DNA of 64,000 nucleotides, from assembly GCA_048882045.1 (NCBI GenBank), contig JBHLRZ010000011.1:1-64000 (forward strand). Direction: 5' to 3'. Below the pieces are notes generated by a model that was given only the letters and a program-made list of their open reading frames with translations, was not told the DNA's origin and searched no databases. The position numbers were made by a program, and so were the translations under genes. Of this stretch, positions 29,777 through 39,827 are shown piece after piece (the first letter of the stretch is position 1; every line of letters starts with the position of its first letter). The stretch comes from Candidatus Thorarchaeota archaeon. Its GTDB lineage: Archaea > Asgardarchaeota > Thorarchaeia > Thorarchaeales > Thorarchaeaceae.

Positions 29777-30863
29777 ACAGATAGAACACCACACCTACCG
29801 AAAGAACAACTGTTGATATAATCGCGAGAGGAATGATTGCACTGGGTGGTGCGATGAAGTCCTCAGATAACCAATCCATGATGTTCATAAAGAGGCGGGA
29901 ATTATCTCCCATGTAGAACCATTTTAGATCTGTTTCTGGATAGTCTAGGTCTCGTCCTGTGAACATCAGAGCTGATCCTGCAATCACAATGCGGTTGTTG
30001 TTGTATTCAAAAGCTGACATCCATGATGGATAGGTCCCATTGATTGCAGAATAGGAGAGTGGATCTTGTTCGAACTCCTCCAAGGTCATGTTTGGATGAG
30101 AATAGTTGGCCCAGCTGTTGTAATTTAATTTGTACTGAGCAAATGAGCTCTCATATCCTCTGGCAATACTGCTGGCTAGGTCGATAGGTTTCAGTGTGGA
30201 AGTCATCGTATAGATTTCGTTGATGTTTCGGAAGATTGGATGGTTTGTGTCCCAAGTAGTTGAGTCCAAGCGAATCATCCAAGAATATGTAGAATTGAAC
30301 ACTGTGTGTTCTTCGTCAAACATCACGTCACTATACATTTCTTCCAGCCCAGGATTTGTTACATTCAAGCTAAATCGAACGCCAGTGACATTTAATGCAT
30401 CAAGTAATCTGTTGATTCCCTGATTATCACCCATGTCTTGCATGAGTGCCTCTGCCCAGTATGTTGAATCTTCGTTGATGTTTGGATTCCCTAGAACAAA
30501 GAGGGAACTTCCATTTGCGAGCATTTCTGAAATGCTTGTGGTTTCAGTTGCAGAGAAAGGATTGTCTTCGTCAGGAGCAGCTATGATGAGTACATCGACA
30601 TCGTTGAGTAGGGATTCGGTAAGTTCATCGTCCTCATTTATGCGAAGGTCGTACTTTGTAGAAGCGTTTACCAAATCGAGCATCAGCTTCAGGCCTATAT
30701 TCTCGTCATCCCCAGCAAACTGCTGACCATGGCTATCATCATAGAGTATGACCACGGGATCCAAATTGGACTGAGCACTCACTATGCCCTGTAGACTTGA
30801 GAGGAGAATCATTGTAGTGACAACTGTTGCTAATACTCGTGTAGTATTCCTCAAGTGTTTCAT
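29760..30863 (-). CDS. Type I membrane protein with GIFT/DUF4350-like domain, possible WBP1/OST48 homolog
   Basis: Signal peptide, VILYDDSHG, DVLIIAAP, GSSLFVLG, NNRIVIAGS..MF, N..L..N...WL, C-terminal TM then KKLR. Confidence 0.55.
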   Translation of the reverse strand: MKHLRNTTRVLATVVTTMILLSSLQGIVSAQSNLDPVVILYDDSHGQQFAGDDENIGLKLMLDLVNASTKYDLRINEDDELTESLLNDVDVLIIAAPDEDNPFSATETTSISEMLANGSSLFVLGNPNINEDSTYWAEALMQDMGDNQGINRLLDALNVTGVRFSLNVTNPGLEEMYSDVMFDEEHTVFNSTYSWMIRLDSTTWDTNHPIFRNINEIYTMTSTLKPIDLASSIARGYESSFAQYKLNYNSWANYSHPNMTLEEFEQDPLSYSAINGTYPSWMSAFEYNNNRIVIAGSALMFTGRDLDYPETDLKWFYMGDNSRLFMNIMDWLSEDFIAPPSAIIPLAIISTVVLSVGVVFYLFKKLR

Positions 30864-30945
30864 TTAGATTGACACAACCTTTAGGCTCAGTCAGCGTGCC
30901 TGACCCTAGGCCGTGTTTTAAAGTTATCTTCAGAACCATTCAGTT

Positions 30946-31338
30946 TCAGTCAGTCCGACGCCACTCAACGAACAGCTGTCGACGTTCAGTATCTGTGGAT
31001 TCTTTCGGCCTATACTGCTTACGAATTTCAGCAATTCGTTGCGCTAGAAGATGATAGCACATTGTGACCTCACGAGAGATGACAACCTCTTGGTAGAAGC
31101 TCCTACAGGTGCAATAAAGATCAGGGACTACGAGATACTCCCTACGCCCCTCCACAGTCCATGTTTCTGACTCGCTGGGAAGAAACCGATACTTGACTAC
31201 CTTGCCCTTTTCTACTGCTCTGAGAGCACGAATGAACTTCTTACCGTATTTGTTCCTGAAGAACTCAATATCGTCCTGTGTGAGGTCATCTTTTGATAGT
31301 CTAGTGACTTCAGGTTGTGAAAGGACCATGATTCTCAC
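30946..31338 (-). CDS. SWIM zinc-finger protein (Sws1/ZSWIM7-like)
   Basis: YCTC..F.....CYHLLA. Confidence 0.8.
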   Translation of the reverse strand: MRIMVLSQPEVTRLSKDDLTQDDIEFFRNKYGKKFIRALRAVEKGKVVKYRFLPSESETWTVEGRREYLVVPDLYCTCRSFYQEVVISREVTMCYHLLAQRIAEIRKQYRPKESTDTERRQLFVEWRRTD

Positions 31339-31357
31339 TCAAAGTTGAGGTATCACG

Positions 31358-32263
31358 ATGTTAAAATGTTGTATATTAGATATCGAACCACCAATGGAGT
31401 CTATTTTCGAAGACAGGGGTATGACCATCAAGTGGAGTGACAGGACAGTCCTACTGATATCAGACATCCATCTCGGTTTTGAGGTGTCTGTTTCTCAGGA
31501 GAAAGGAGTCGAATTTCCTCCTCAGTACCCCGTTATTCTCAAGAGGATAGAGAGTCTGATTAAGAAACACAGCGCGTCACATCTGTACATCATTGGTGAT
31601 GTAAAACACTCCATATTCACTGATGATTACTCTAATTGGGAAATCATTCCCGAGTTCATGGAAGGACTGACAAAGATAGTAGAAACTACTATCATTCCTG
31701 GTAACCATGATGGTGTTCTCGAACCACTCCTACCACGTACTGTCACACTCACAGATGTACATGGGATTGCATTGGGATCAAAAGAAGAATCTGTGGGACT
31801 TTTTCACGGACATACATGGCCTTCACATGAAGTTCTGGATACAAAGATGATTGTTGTAGGACATAATCATCCGACGGTTCGACGATTGAGAGATGCTTCA
31901 GTCCCAGAAATAGGTCGTTCATCAAGGAAACGATTAGGTAGAATCATTCCAGTAATCGTTCAGTCCAAACTGGACAAGAACTGTGCGAGGCGGAACATGG
32001 GTATATTGGAGAATCTAGATGACACTGTGTGTACAGTTGTCACGCTCCCGAGTTTCAACGAGTTGTTTGCTGGTATGCCAATCAATCAACCCTCATCGAA
32101 TTTTCATGGTCCACTCTTTGAGAACATGTGTGTGAATCTACCCGAGTCAGAAGTGTACAGCATAGACGGCCTGTTCCTTGGATCTATTGATTGGTTAAGA
32201 AACCGGTCCAACGAAATGATTAAATCCAAAGCTAAGGGGACTGACTCCGAGAAGGGTCGGTAG
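31358..32263 (+). CDS. Calcineurin-like metallophosphoesterase
   Basis: SDIHLG, GDVKH, PGNHD, FHGH, GHNHP, LPSFN. Confidence 0.9.
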   Translation: MLKCCILDIEPPMESIFEDRGMTIKWSDRTVLLISDIHLGFEVSVSQEKGVEFPPQYPVILKRIESLIKKHSASHLYIIGDVKHSIFTDDYSNWEIIPEFMEGLTKIVETTIIPGNHDGVLEPLLPRTVTLTDVHGIALGSKEESVGLFHGHTWPSHEVLDTKMIVVGHNHPTVRRLRDASVPEIGRSSRKRLGRIIPVIVQSKLDKNCARRNMGILENLDDTVCTVVTLPSFNELFAGMPINQPSSNFHGPLFENMCVNLPESEVYSIDGLFLGSIDWLRNRSNEMIKSKAKGTDSEKGR

Positions 32264-32330
32264 TCTAGATTGGTATGATTCTTGGTTCGGATCCAAGAGG
32301 TCGCGAGTTCAAATCTCGTCCGGCCCACCA
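32254..32330 (+). tRNA. tRNA-Pro(CGG), CCA encoded
   Basis: GGGTCGG/CCGGCCC acceptor, CTTGG-TTCGGAT-CCAAG anticodon arm, TTCAAAT T-loop, T-rich terminator after. Confidence 0.95.
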
Positions 32331-32348
32331 TTTTTCTTCTTCGAAACT

Positions 32349-32837
32349 TTACAGTAGTGAGTGTAGGATGATTGCAGCTGTGCCAGAAGGGCCAATGTCG
32401 ACTCGAGCATCTAGACTGTGACAATCACCCAAATCCATCTCCTTACGAGAGAATGAGCTGTTGCTTCCCGAAAGGAAAATACCGATTCTCTCTCCAGATT
32501 TTACTGTTTCAGAGAGTTTGGCAAAGTCGAGACGTTCTTTGACAAGTACAGGAGACACGATGAACACAGGATGCTCTATCTTCAGAACATCCAACACATC
32601 CTTGAGATCAGGTAATACCATGAAGTTGCTCTTCATCTTCATTGCGAGTCTATTCGCATCTGGTACTCCAGCCTGTGCAGCTGAACCTTCAGCCTTAGAA
32701 ACAACAAAATTGGGGAACCCTAGTCCGTACACTACCTGTGCAGTTTCGATCGTCTTTGAAGCAGAATGTACGTTATGAAGGACTACGTAGATGTTCTTGA
32801 GTGATTCGTCCAAGATATGCACCAACCTCCTGTGCAA
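32349..32837 (-). CDS. DUF2122 SPOUT-class protein (often labelled RecB-family nuclease)
   Basis: VVLHNVHS, VVSKAEGSAAQAGVP, LPDLKD, SFSRKE; true start probably slightly downstream. Confidence 0.75.
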   Translation of the reverse strand: MHRRLVHILDESLKNIYVVLHNVHSASKTIETAQVVYGLGFPNFVVSKAEGSAAQAGVPDANRLAMKMKSNFMVLPDLKDVLDVLKIEHPVFIVSPVLVKERLDFAKLSETVKSGERIGIFLSGSNSSFSRKEMDLGDCHSLDARVDIGPSGTAAIILHSLL

Positions 32838-33771
32838 TTAGCTGGGATATGAGAGGAGGAACACTCTCACCCACTTGATTGTATTGGCTGTCGATTGGAC
32901 CATTAAATGTGAATGTGTCAGGGTAACTCATGAGTCTTGCGTGTTCTCTGACAGTCAGAATTCTGTTCTCGTATGGATGTATATAACGGGACAGGCCATT
33001 GATTGATGTTGACACACGGTCTGGAAAGAGCCGGACCCAGTTAGGGAGAGTCCTTGTCTTTGATGCACGGAAGAATCTGGCGCCTTGTCCCCACCGAGTC
33101 TTACGAACAGCCTTCAGTCTGTCATCCGATAATGGATAGATTGAATGATTGGGACTAGTTTCATGTGGGTTAAGAATATGTTCTGGACCCAGAGGTGGGA
33201 GGTCTCCTATCGATTCCATTACTGTTGGTGCTGTCTTTCGTGGTAGGTTCAACTTGATATTGCTGATGAATACTCTCAGACGCTTCGATGGATTGCCATT
33301 TTGATGAGCTCTGACCATGTTGAAATGTACAGTATCAAATCCCACTCGTCTAAACTCGCGCAGGATGATCTCATCACCACCGAATTGGAGAATTGCAGCA
33401 ACATTTTCGATCACAAAGACCTTAGGAGATAAGTCTCCAATGATTCTAATACTGTCCAGTAGTAATTTAGCTGTACCCTCTCCATAGATACGTTCTGCAG
33501 AAGGTCTTTGGCTTTCTGGATTTGCCTTGCTGAATTCTTCACATGGAGGAGATGCGATGATAATGTCTGGAGCCCCACTCAATTTTTCCTCAATCTGGAT
33601 TGAGTGGAGGTCATGGATGTCCGTATTCCAGACCTTAGCACGAGGATAATTCAAACTATATGTTTTAAGGGCTGAGGAATCCATGTCTATTGAAAGATGG
33701 TCGTTCTTAGAGAGAGCTGTGAACCCATGGGAGAATCCACCTGCACCACAGAATAGGTCAAGAATCTTCAT
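32773..33771 (-). CDS. C5 cytosine methyltransferase
   Basis: DLFCGAGG, SPPC, IENV, R.RVF, R.LTVRE.ARL..YPD, QVGESVPP. Confidence 0.92.
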   Translation of the reverse strand: MKILDLFCGAGGFSHGFTALSKNDHLSIDMDSSALKTYSLNYPRAKVWNTDIHDLHSIQIEEKLSGAPDIIIASPPCEEFSKANPESQRPSAERIYGEGTAKLLLDSIRIIGDLSPKVFVIENVAAILQFGGDEIILREFRRVGFDTVHFNMVRAHQNGNPSKRLRVFISNIKLNLPRKTAPTVMESIGDLPPLGPEHILNPHETSPNHSIYPLSDDRLKAVRKTRWGQGARFFRASKTRTLPNWVRLFPDRVSTSINGLSRYIHPYENRILTVREHARLMSYPDTFTFNGPIDSQYNQVGESVPPLISQLIAQEVGAYLGRITQEHLRSPS

Positions 33772-33886
33772 TCATACTTCCTCAGTTCAATTTCATTGCA
33801 CCTATCGCCGATTATAACAATGTCGAAGGAAGAGTTCAAAAGTACCGTATATCTAGCCGGCTATTAAGCTGTGACGGTGAGTGAGA

Positions 33887-34831
33887 ATGGGATTTGGTTC
33901 TGGAAAAGGAAAAACCATCCTGTTTGGAGAGCACTTTGTAGTCTATGGACTTCCTGCTCTCGCTGCAGGAATTGCGGCAGAAACTACAGCAAAGGTGACA
34001 CGAGTCCGATCCATAGGATGGAAGCTCGTAGACAATCGACCTGCTATGCCTGGATACAAGGAGAAAAAGTATGAGGAACAGAAGCAATCGATTGAGAATA
34101 TGTTGAAGCACCTCAACATTGACACCACAAAGTTGGGATTCCAGATTGATTTAGGAGGAAACCTTGTCTGTGCCTCTGGTATTGGAGCCAGTGCGGCAAG
34201 TTGTGTAGCAATTGCTAGGGCTCTCAGTGACGACTTTTCACTCGATCTCAAAGATGAACAAATCAATGAAACTGCGTATATTGGTGAAATGGGATATCAT
34301 GGGACCCCATCAGGTCTTGACAACACAGCTTCTACCTATGGAGGGCTTGTCTGGTTTGAGCGAAACTTGGGTGGAGGAGCACCTAGATTCGAGAGTTTAA
34401 AGCTTGAGAAACCAATGCATCTTGTGATTGCGTCTACAGGCATTACTGCAAGTACCAAAGTGGTTGTAGGAGATGTCAGAGCAAAGAAAGACGCTGATCC
34501 AGACTGGTTTGATGCTATTTCAAAAGAATACACTCAGTTGGTACATGATGCAAAGGATGCACTGCTGAAGTTGGACACAGCCAAAGTAGGGACTCTAATG
34601 GACAAAAATCATGATTTATTGAAGCAACTGACAGTTTCTTGTAGAGAACTGGACGTTTTAGTTACTATTGCAAGACAGAATGGTGCTGTTGGATCAAAAA
34701 TGACAGGAACCGGTAGAGGAGGAAACATGATTGCACTTGCTCCTGACGAAGCTACAATGAATCAGATAGCTGTTGCCTTAGAAAAAGACGGCAAGGCAGC
34801 AGGGGTGTGGACCACATCATTTGGACTTTGA
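33887..34831 (+). CDS. mvk: Mevalonate kinase
   Basis: GKTILFGEHFVVYG, SGIGASAA, HGTPSGLD, KMTGTGRGG. Confidence 0.93.
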   Translation: MGFGSGKGKTILFGEHFVVYGLPALAAGIAAETTAKVTRVRSIGWKLVDNRPAMPGYKEKKYEEQKQSIENMLKHLNIDTTKLGFQIDLGGNLVCASGIGASAASCVAIARALSDDFSLDLKDEQINETAYIGEMGYHGTPSGLDNTASTYGGLVWFERNLGGGAPRFESLKLEKPMHLVIASTGITASTKVVVGDVRAKKDADPDWFDAISKEYTQLVHDAKDALLKLDTAKVGTLMDKNHDLLKQLTVSCRELDVLVTIARQNGAVGSKMTGTGRGGNMIALAPDEATMNQIAVALEKDGKAAGVWTTSFGL

Positions 34832-34840
34832 GGTGAGGTT

Positions 34841-36148
34841 ATGATACTTGAGGAGTACATCAAGATACTGCAGCAAAAAGAGAAAATCACTACAATAAAC
34901 AAGAGCATCTCAAGAAACTTAGAGATTGCAGGTGTGTTAAAGACACTTGAACCAACACCTGTGTTGTTCGAGAATGTGAAGGAGAGTGAGTTTCGGGTTG
35001 CCGGAAATCTGTTCTGTAACAAAGCACAGGTTGCAGAGTATTTTGGAATAACAACTGAAGAGATTATTCCAACCTTGGCAAAAGCGATTGAAAACCGCAG
35101 TAAACCTGAAGAAACTGAGAAAGCTCCATGTCAAGAGGTTGTAGAAGATAGTGTGAATCTTGACAAGATTCCAATCTTGATTCACAACGAGGTGGACGGA
35201 GGGCCATATATCTCATCAGGAGTTGTAGTCGCAGCGGACCCTGAATTTGGGCAGAACCTCGATTTTCATAGAGCTATGCAGATTGGAAAAGACCGAATGG
35301 TTGCTAGAGTAGTAAGAGGACGGGATTTTCACAAATTTCTAGAACGCAATGGTGAGGTGGATGTGGCTTTCTGTATTGGAAACACTCCAGAGATCTTAGT
35401 CGCAGCAGCAACCTCTGTAGAAACGGGTATTGATGAACTAGAGATAGCGAACGCTCTGAAACCGATAAGACTGACCAAAGCCAAGACTGTTGATTTGATG
35501 ATTCCTGCAGATTCCGAGTTTGTACTTGAGGGAAGAATATACTTGGAGGAGAAACACGCGGAAGGACCTTTCATTGATCTGACTGAAACCGTCGATGTCA
35601 TTCGTGAAGAACCTATCGTTGAAGTGAAGAAGATAACCCATAGAAAGACAGCCATATGGCAGGGTCTTCTACCTGGACGCTCTGAGCACAAGATTCTGAT
35701 GGGAATGCCCCGAGAACCTACAGTTTTCAAGAAGATCAAAGAAAGAGGCATCAACGTTCTCGACGTCTATATCACACCCGGAGGCGCAAGCTGGCTGCAT
35801 GTCGCAATAAAGATACAGAAGAAGAACGATGATGATGGTCTTCAAGCTCTTGAGGCTGCATTCGCAGGGCACAAGAGCGCAAAACACGTCTGGGTCTATG
35901 ATGAGGATATTGATATCTATTCAGAAGAAGAACGCGAATGGGCCATGGCAACAAGATTTCAAGCTGATGTAGACCTACTCATAAAAGATCCAGAACCTGG
36001 TAGTTCACTCGACCCGAGTGCAGAACCCGGGACCAAGCTGACAACAAAGTGTGGGTTTGATTGTACCAAAGTGTTAGATTCAAAGGGAAAGAGCTTTGCA
36101 AAAGCAAAGTTCCCAGAAGTCGACCTGAAGAAGTTTCTAGGTGATTGA
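34841..36148 (+). CDS. UbiD-family decarboxylase, probable anhydromevalonate phosphate decarboxylase
   Basis: DGGPYI, EGPFID, EHKILMG.P.EP, WAMATRFQ, GSSLDPS; operon with mvk and AcnX genes. Confidence 0.85.
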   Translation: MILEEYIKILQQKEKITTINKSISRNLEIAGVLKTLEPTPVLFENVKESEFRVAGNLFCNKAQVAEYFGITTEEIIPTLAKAIENRSKPEETEKAPCQEVVEDSVNLDKIPILIHNEVDGGPYISSGVVVAADPEFGQNLDFHRAMQIGKDRMVARVVRGRDFHKFLERNGEVDVAFCIGNTPEILVAAATSVETGIDELEIANALKPIRLTKAKTVDLMIPADSEFVLEGRIYLEEKHAEGPFIDLTETVDVIREEPIVEVKKITHRKTAIWQGLLPGRSEHKILMGMPREPTVFKKIKERGINVLDVYITPGGASWLHVAIKIQKKNDDDGLQALEAAFAGHKSAKHVWVYDEDIDIYSEEEREWAMATRFQADVDLLIKDPEPGSSLDPSAEPGTKLTTKCGFDCTKVLDSKGKSFAKAKFPEVDLKKFLGD

Positions 36149-37337
36149 GATGGGACTAGATTTGACCAAAGAAGAGAGGGAAATGCTTGACGGAAAGCAT
36201 GGAAAAGCGACCAAGAAGGCCATGGAAATCATTACAACTCTTGGAGAGATCTACGGAGCAAAGAAACTCATTCCAGTTTCGAGTGTCCAAATAGCAGGAG
36301 TGTCTTATCATAATCTTGGAGAAGCTGGTCTCGAATATCTTGATGAGATGGCTGAAGATGGGCGTACTATGGTACTTACCACCTTGAATCCAGCAGGAAT
36401 GGACCTTGAGGAGTGGAAAAAGCATGGAATTAGTGAGGATTTTGCTAAAAACCAGCAAAGAGTAGTAGATGCATTCGAGAAGATGGGCGTAGTCACAACC
36501 TGTACATGCACTCCGTATCTAATTGGCAACCTGCCACACTTTGGAGAACACATTGCCTGGGCAGAGTCATCTGCTGTATGTTTCTCGAATTCAGTCATTG
36601 GTGCTCTCACGAATCGAGAGGGGGGTCCGAGTGCACTTGCATCAGCCTTGACTGGCAGGACTGCAGAATATGGCCTTCATCTTCAAGAGAACAGGGTTGC
36701 TCAAGTCAAGTATGAGGTTCAAACAGGACTGACCAATACTGATGACTTTGGACTTCTTGGTTATGTAATTGGTGAAAGGACAGGCAAGACCATTCCTTAC
36801 ATTGCTGGTGTGGAAAAGGCAACAACTGAAGAACTGAAGTCATTCAGCGCTTCTGTTGCTACATATGGAGGAGTGGCGATTTTCCATATGGAGGGATTCA
36901 CACCAAACAGAACTACAATCCCAGACAAGACCGAGATAATCACAAAGGATGACTTGGAAAAAGCGAGAATCCAACTTGACGATGAGGATGCTGATATTGA
37001 TTTCATAAGTGTCGGATGTCCTCATGCAAGTATCAAAGAAATTGGTCGCATTGCAGAGATGCTTGATGGAAAGAAAGTGACAGACGGAAAAACTGTCTGG
37101 ATTACGACTGCCAAACCGACAAAGGATCTAGCTATGAAGATGGGATATTACGATAAGATTGAGAAGGCAGGAGCTTTCCTTGTGGCTGACGCATGTTGCG
37201 CTGTTGCACCTCTCAAAGGCAAGTTCAGCGGTTTGATGACGGATTCAGCCAAAGCTTGTTTCTATGCACGAGGAAAGAACAGCTTCAAGACTGAGATACG
37301 AACAGTAGAAGAGTGCATACAGGAGGCGATTTCGTAA
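36141..37337 (+). CDS. Aconitase X catalytic subunit, probable phosphomevalonate dehydratase large subunit
   Basis: GVSYHNLG, TTLNPAG, CTCTPY, WAESSA, TNREGGP, GCPHAS. Confidence 0.88.
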   Translation: MIEMGLDLTKEEREMLDGKHGKATKKAMEIITTLGEIYGAKKLIPVSSVQIAGVSYHNLGEAGLEYLDEMAEDGRTMVLTTLNPAGMDLEEWKKHGISEDFAKNQQRVVDAFEKMGVVTTCTCTPYLIGNLPHFGEHIAWAESSAVCFSNSVIGALTNREGGPSALASALTGRTAEYGLHLQENRVAQVKYEVQTGLTNTDDFGLLGYVIGERTGKTIPYIAGVEKATTEELKSFSASVATYGGVAIFHMEGFTPNRTTIPDKTEIITKDDLEKARIQLDDEDADIDFISVGCPHASIKEIGRIAEMLDGKKVTDGKTVWITTAKPTKDLAMKMGYYDKIEKAGAFLVADACCAVAPLKGKFSGLMTDSAKACFYARGKNSFKTEIRTVEECIQEAIS

Positions 37338-37723
37338 TGAAAGGCAGGAAAATCTTCAAGGGAAAAGTGACTGGTGAGGCTTTGGTAACGAAAGACGACA
37401 TCTCTTTCTATGGAGGATGTGATCCAGAAACCGGCGAGATTGTAGAAAAGGGACACCAGCTTGAGGGAAAATCAGTTTCAGGAAAGATACTGGTTTTCCC
37501 AACGGGAAAGGGATCGACTGTTGGTTCATATGTCCTCTATGCTCTTAAGAGGGCCAACAAGGCACCTTTGGCAATCGTCAACAAGACTACAGATCCAGTC
37601 GTCGCTGTTGGATGTATCATATCAGAAATTCCCGCTGTGGATCAGATAGATATTGAAGAGATTAAAACAGGACAAAAAGTGGAAGTGGACGCCGAGAACG
37701 GCGTCGTTTCCGTCGTTGGTTAG
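37337..37723 (+). CDS. Aconitase X swivel subunit (DUF126), probable phosphomevalonate dehydratase small subunit
   Basis: [19 protein letters not shown]; TAATG overlap with large subunit. Confidence 0.88.
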   Translation: MKGRKIFKGKVTGEALVTKDDISFYGGCDPETGEIVEKGHQLEGKSVSGKILVFPTGKGSTVGSYVLYALKRANKAPLAIVNKTTDPVVAVGCIISEIPAVDQIDIEEIKTGQKVEVDAENGVVSVVG

Positions 37724-38355
37724 AACCGTTGTAGTTGTGGTTCGAAGTCTTCAGGACTGAAAGCGGTTTCACCATCTTCTGGCATATCACCTCTCTCTTT
37801 GAGTGTTTGAGTGGTCAGAAGATAGTAGATTAGTGCTAACGACTTTCTACCACGGTTGTTGGTGGGAATTACCAGGTCAACGTTGGTTGTGACATTGTCT
37901 GTATCGCAGAGCGCGACAACTGGCACTCCAATTTTTGCAGCCTCTGAGAGAGCTTGCTGATCTGTTCGTGGATCTGTGAGGATTACGGCATCTGGTTCGA
38001 TGTAGGTCCTAGGTCCAGCAATGTTTGGATTGGTGAGAGTTCCTGGAACAAAGCGTTCTGTGAATGAATTCGCACCAATGTAGTAGGCGAAGGTTTCCAC
38101 TGGTTTCTTTCCATAAACTCTTCCCGAAACTACTACAACCTTTGCTGGGTCAAACCTTGCTAGAAACTTGCCAGCCACTCTAATCCGCTCGTCGGTCTTT
38201 CGAACATCAAGTACGTAAAGACCGATAGGACGTTGTCTATAGACGAATGGCTCCATATCCTGGGTCTTGACCTGGGTTCCGATATGGCAGCCTGCGGCGA
38301 GGTACTTGTCCATCGGTGTGAGGAGCTCTAAATCAGCGACTTCTATCTCACTCAT
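37720..38355 (-). CDS. rps2: Ribosomal protein S2 (uS2)
   Basis: [26 protein letters not shown]. Confidence 0.97.
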   Translation of the reverse strand: MSEIEVADLELLTPMDKYLAAGCHIGTQVKTQDMEPFVYRQRPIGLYVLDVRKTDERIRVAGKFLARFDPAKVVVVSGRVYGKKPVETFAYYIGANSFTERFVPGTLTNPNIAGPRTYIEPDAVILTDPRTDQQALSEAAKIGVPVVALCDTDNVTTNVDLVIPTNNRGRKSLALIYYLLTTQTLKERGDMPEDGETAFSPEDFEPQLQRF

Positions 38356-38356
38356 T

Positions 38357-38572
38357 CTACTTTACCTCCGCGGATTCTGTTGCAGCAAATGCCATGAAGC
38401 TGTCAATAATGTCAATGTGTGCGAGAAGCATCCTTCGACAGCAGTATCTTGTGAGTCCAACGTTGTCAAGAACGACTGATGGATCTTCACCCTGTCGCAC
38501 TTCGCGTTTGAACTGCTCAAACTTGTCGGCAACTACTTTGCCGCACGTAAAACATCGTACTGGAATAATCAT
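38357..38572 (-). CDS. rpoN: RNA polymerase subunit N (Rpo10)
   Basis: [19 protein letters not shown]. Confidence 0.98.
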   Translation of the reverse strand: MIIPVRCFTCGKVVADKFEQFKREVRQGEDPSVVLDNVGLTRYCCRRMLLAHIDIIDSFMAFAATESAEVK

Positions 38573-38584
38573 TGTATAGTCGCC

Positions 38585-39007
38585 TCACCTGTATGATTTC
38601 TGGTATCGGGACCTAGCTGATGGACCACCAAACTTCTTGGGTTCGGTCCGTCGTGGATCTCCGACCAGCATTGTCCTATCGTGTTCGATCATCTTTGAGC
38701 GTACCTCAAAGTCTTGGCTCATGCGGATCAGACCAGTAGCTATGGCCATTCTCACTGCATCAGCTTGACTCATGAAGCCGCCTCCCTTTGTTCGCACCCT
38801 GATGTCGTATCTCTTCCATCCCTCTCCGAAGAGAACCAACGGTTCCATGATACGCATTCGGGCAAGCTCTGGTTGTTGAATTTCCAGAGGTCTACCATTG
38901 ATTCTAATTCTACCGGTACCATCCTTGATTGTTGCCTTAGCAAGGCTTGTCTTTCTCTTGCCGGTGCTCACTACGACTCTCACTTTTCTACCTCCGGGCC
39001 TCTCCAA
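38585..39007 (-). CDS. rps9: Ribosomal protein S9 (uS9)
   Basis: GKRKT, GGGFMSQA, EPKKFGG..AR..YQKSYR. Confidence 0.97.
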   Translation of the reverse strand: MERPGGRKVRVVVSTGKRKTSLAKATIKDGTGRIRINGRPLEIQQPELARMRIMEPLVLFGEGWKRYDIRVRTKGGGFMSQADAVRMAIATGLIRMSQDFEVRSKMIEHDRTMLVGDPRRTEPKKFGGPSARSRYQKSYR

Positions 39008-39435
39008 CCGAGTTCGTGGCTCAAATCTGCCACAGTGATGAACTTCCGTTTCAGACTCTTGTACCTTGCACCCTCGAGTACGATTTTCTCGGCATCCGCA
39101 TATTGCTCTGGTACACCAATGTATACCTTGATACGCTTGTATGCGGCCTTACCTCGGGGTGTTGGCCAAGGTAGCATTCCACGGACCATCTTCCGGACCA
39201 TCTTGTCTGGGCGACGTTCATGTAACGGACCCCTGCTTGGTTTGTATGATGTCCGGATGTCGAACTTCTCTTTCCAAGCTTCAATCAAGGTCCTACGATC
39301 GCCTGTGATGATTGCTTTCTCTACATTGACGATGACAACCTGCTCACCAAGAATAGCAGCTTTCGCAGCCTTTGATCCTAGGCGTCCAACGACCATATTC
39401 TCAGCATCGTAAATCTTGACACTCTCTGTACTCAT
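38980..39435 (-). CDS. rpl13: Ribosomal protein L13 (uL13)
   Basis: DAENMVVGRL, VNVEKA, VRGMLP. Confidence 0.96.
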   Translation of the reverse strand: MSTESVKIYDAENMVVGRLGSKAAKAAILGEQVVIVNVEKAIITGDRRTLIEAWKEKFDIRTSYKPSRGPLHERRPDKMVRKMVRGMLPWPTPRGKAAYKRIKVYIGVPEQYADAEKIVLEGARYKSLKRKFITVADLSHELGWRGPEVEK

Positions 39436-39444
39436 TGTAATCAC

Positions 39445-39816
39445 CTATACTATGATCGTTACTCCTTTCCCTTTGGGAACCTTTGTCAGCAGTTCGTCGA
39501 TTGAAATCAGTGAACCACCAGCTCCTATAATGACTGTCCTTGCTGAAGCTGAAGCATTGAGGGCAGCCACTGTTACCTTGTGAGAGAGGTTCCCCGATCC
39601 TAGAACCTTTCCAGGAACGACGATTATGTCTCCAGCACTTGTGTAACGACTGATTTTCCCAATGTTCACTGTAGCACGTTTGCGAGCTGGTCTAGCAATT
39701 AGCTCAGCAACTCGTTTCCAAATACCAACATTATGTTTGGTGGATGTCTTTCGTAGCGCATTAATGAGTGCGCGTGTGTTTGGGTCTGTTGGTCCAGATT
39801 TGACTGATCTTTCCAT
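39445..39816 (-). CDS. rpl18e: Ribosomal protein L18e
   Basis: VNIGKI, VVPGKVLGSG, PKG. Confidence 0.96.
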   Translation of the reverse strand: MERSVKSGPTDPNTRALINALRKTSTKHNVGIWKRVAELIARPARKRATVNIGKISRYTSAGDIIVVPGKVLGSGNLSHKVTVAALNASASARTVIIGAGGSLISIDELLTKVPKGKGVTIIV

Positions 39817-39827
39817 GATGTCACACC

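Noticed and set aside
15751-31338. RadB plus SWIM protein as a Shu-like complex locus
   Set aside because: The genes are about 14.5 kb apart with no operon link; the window gives no supporting evidence.
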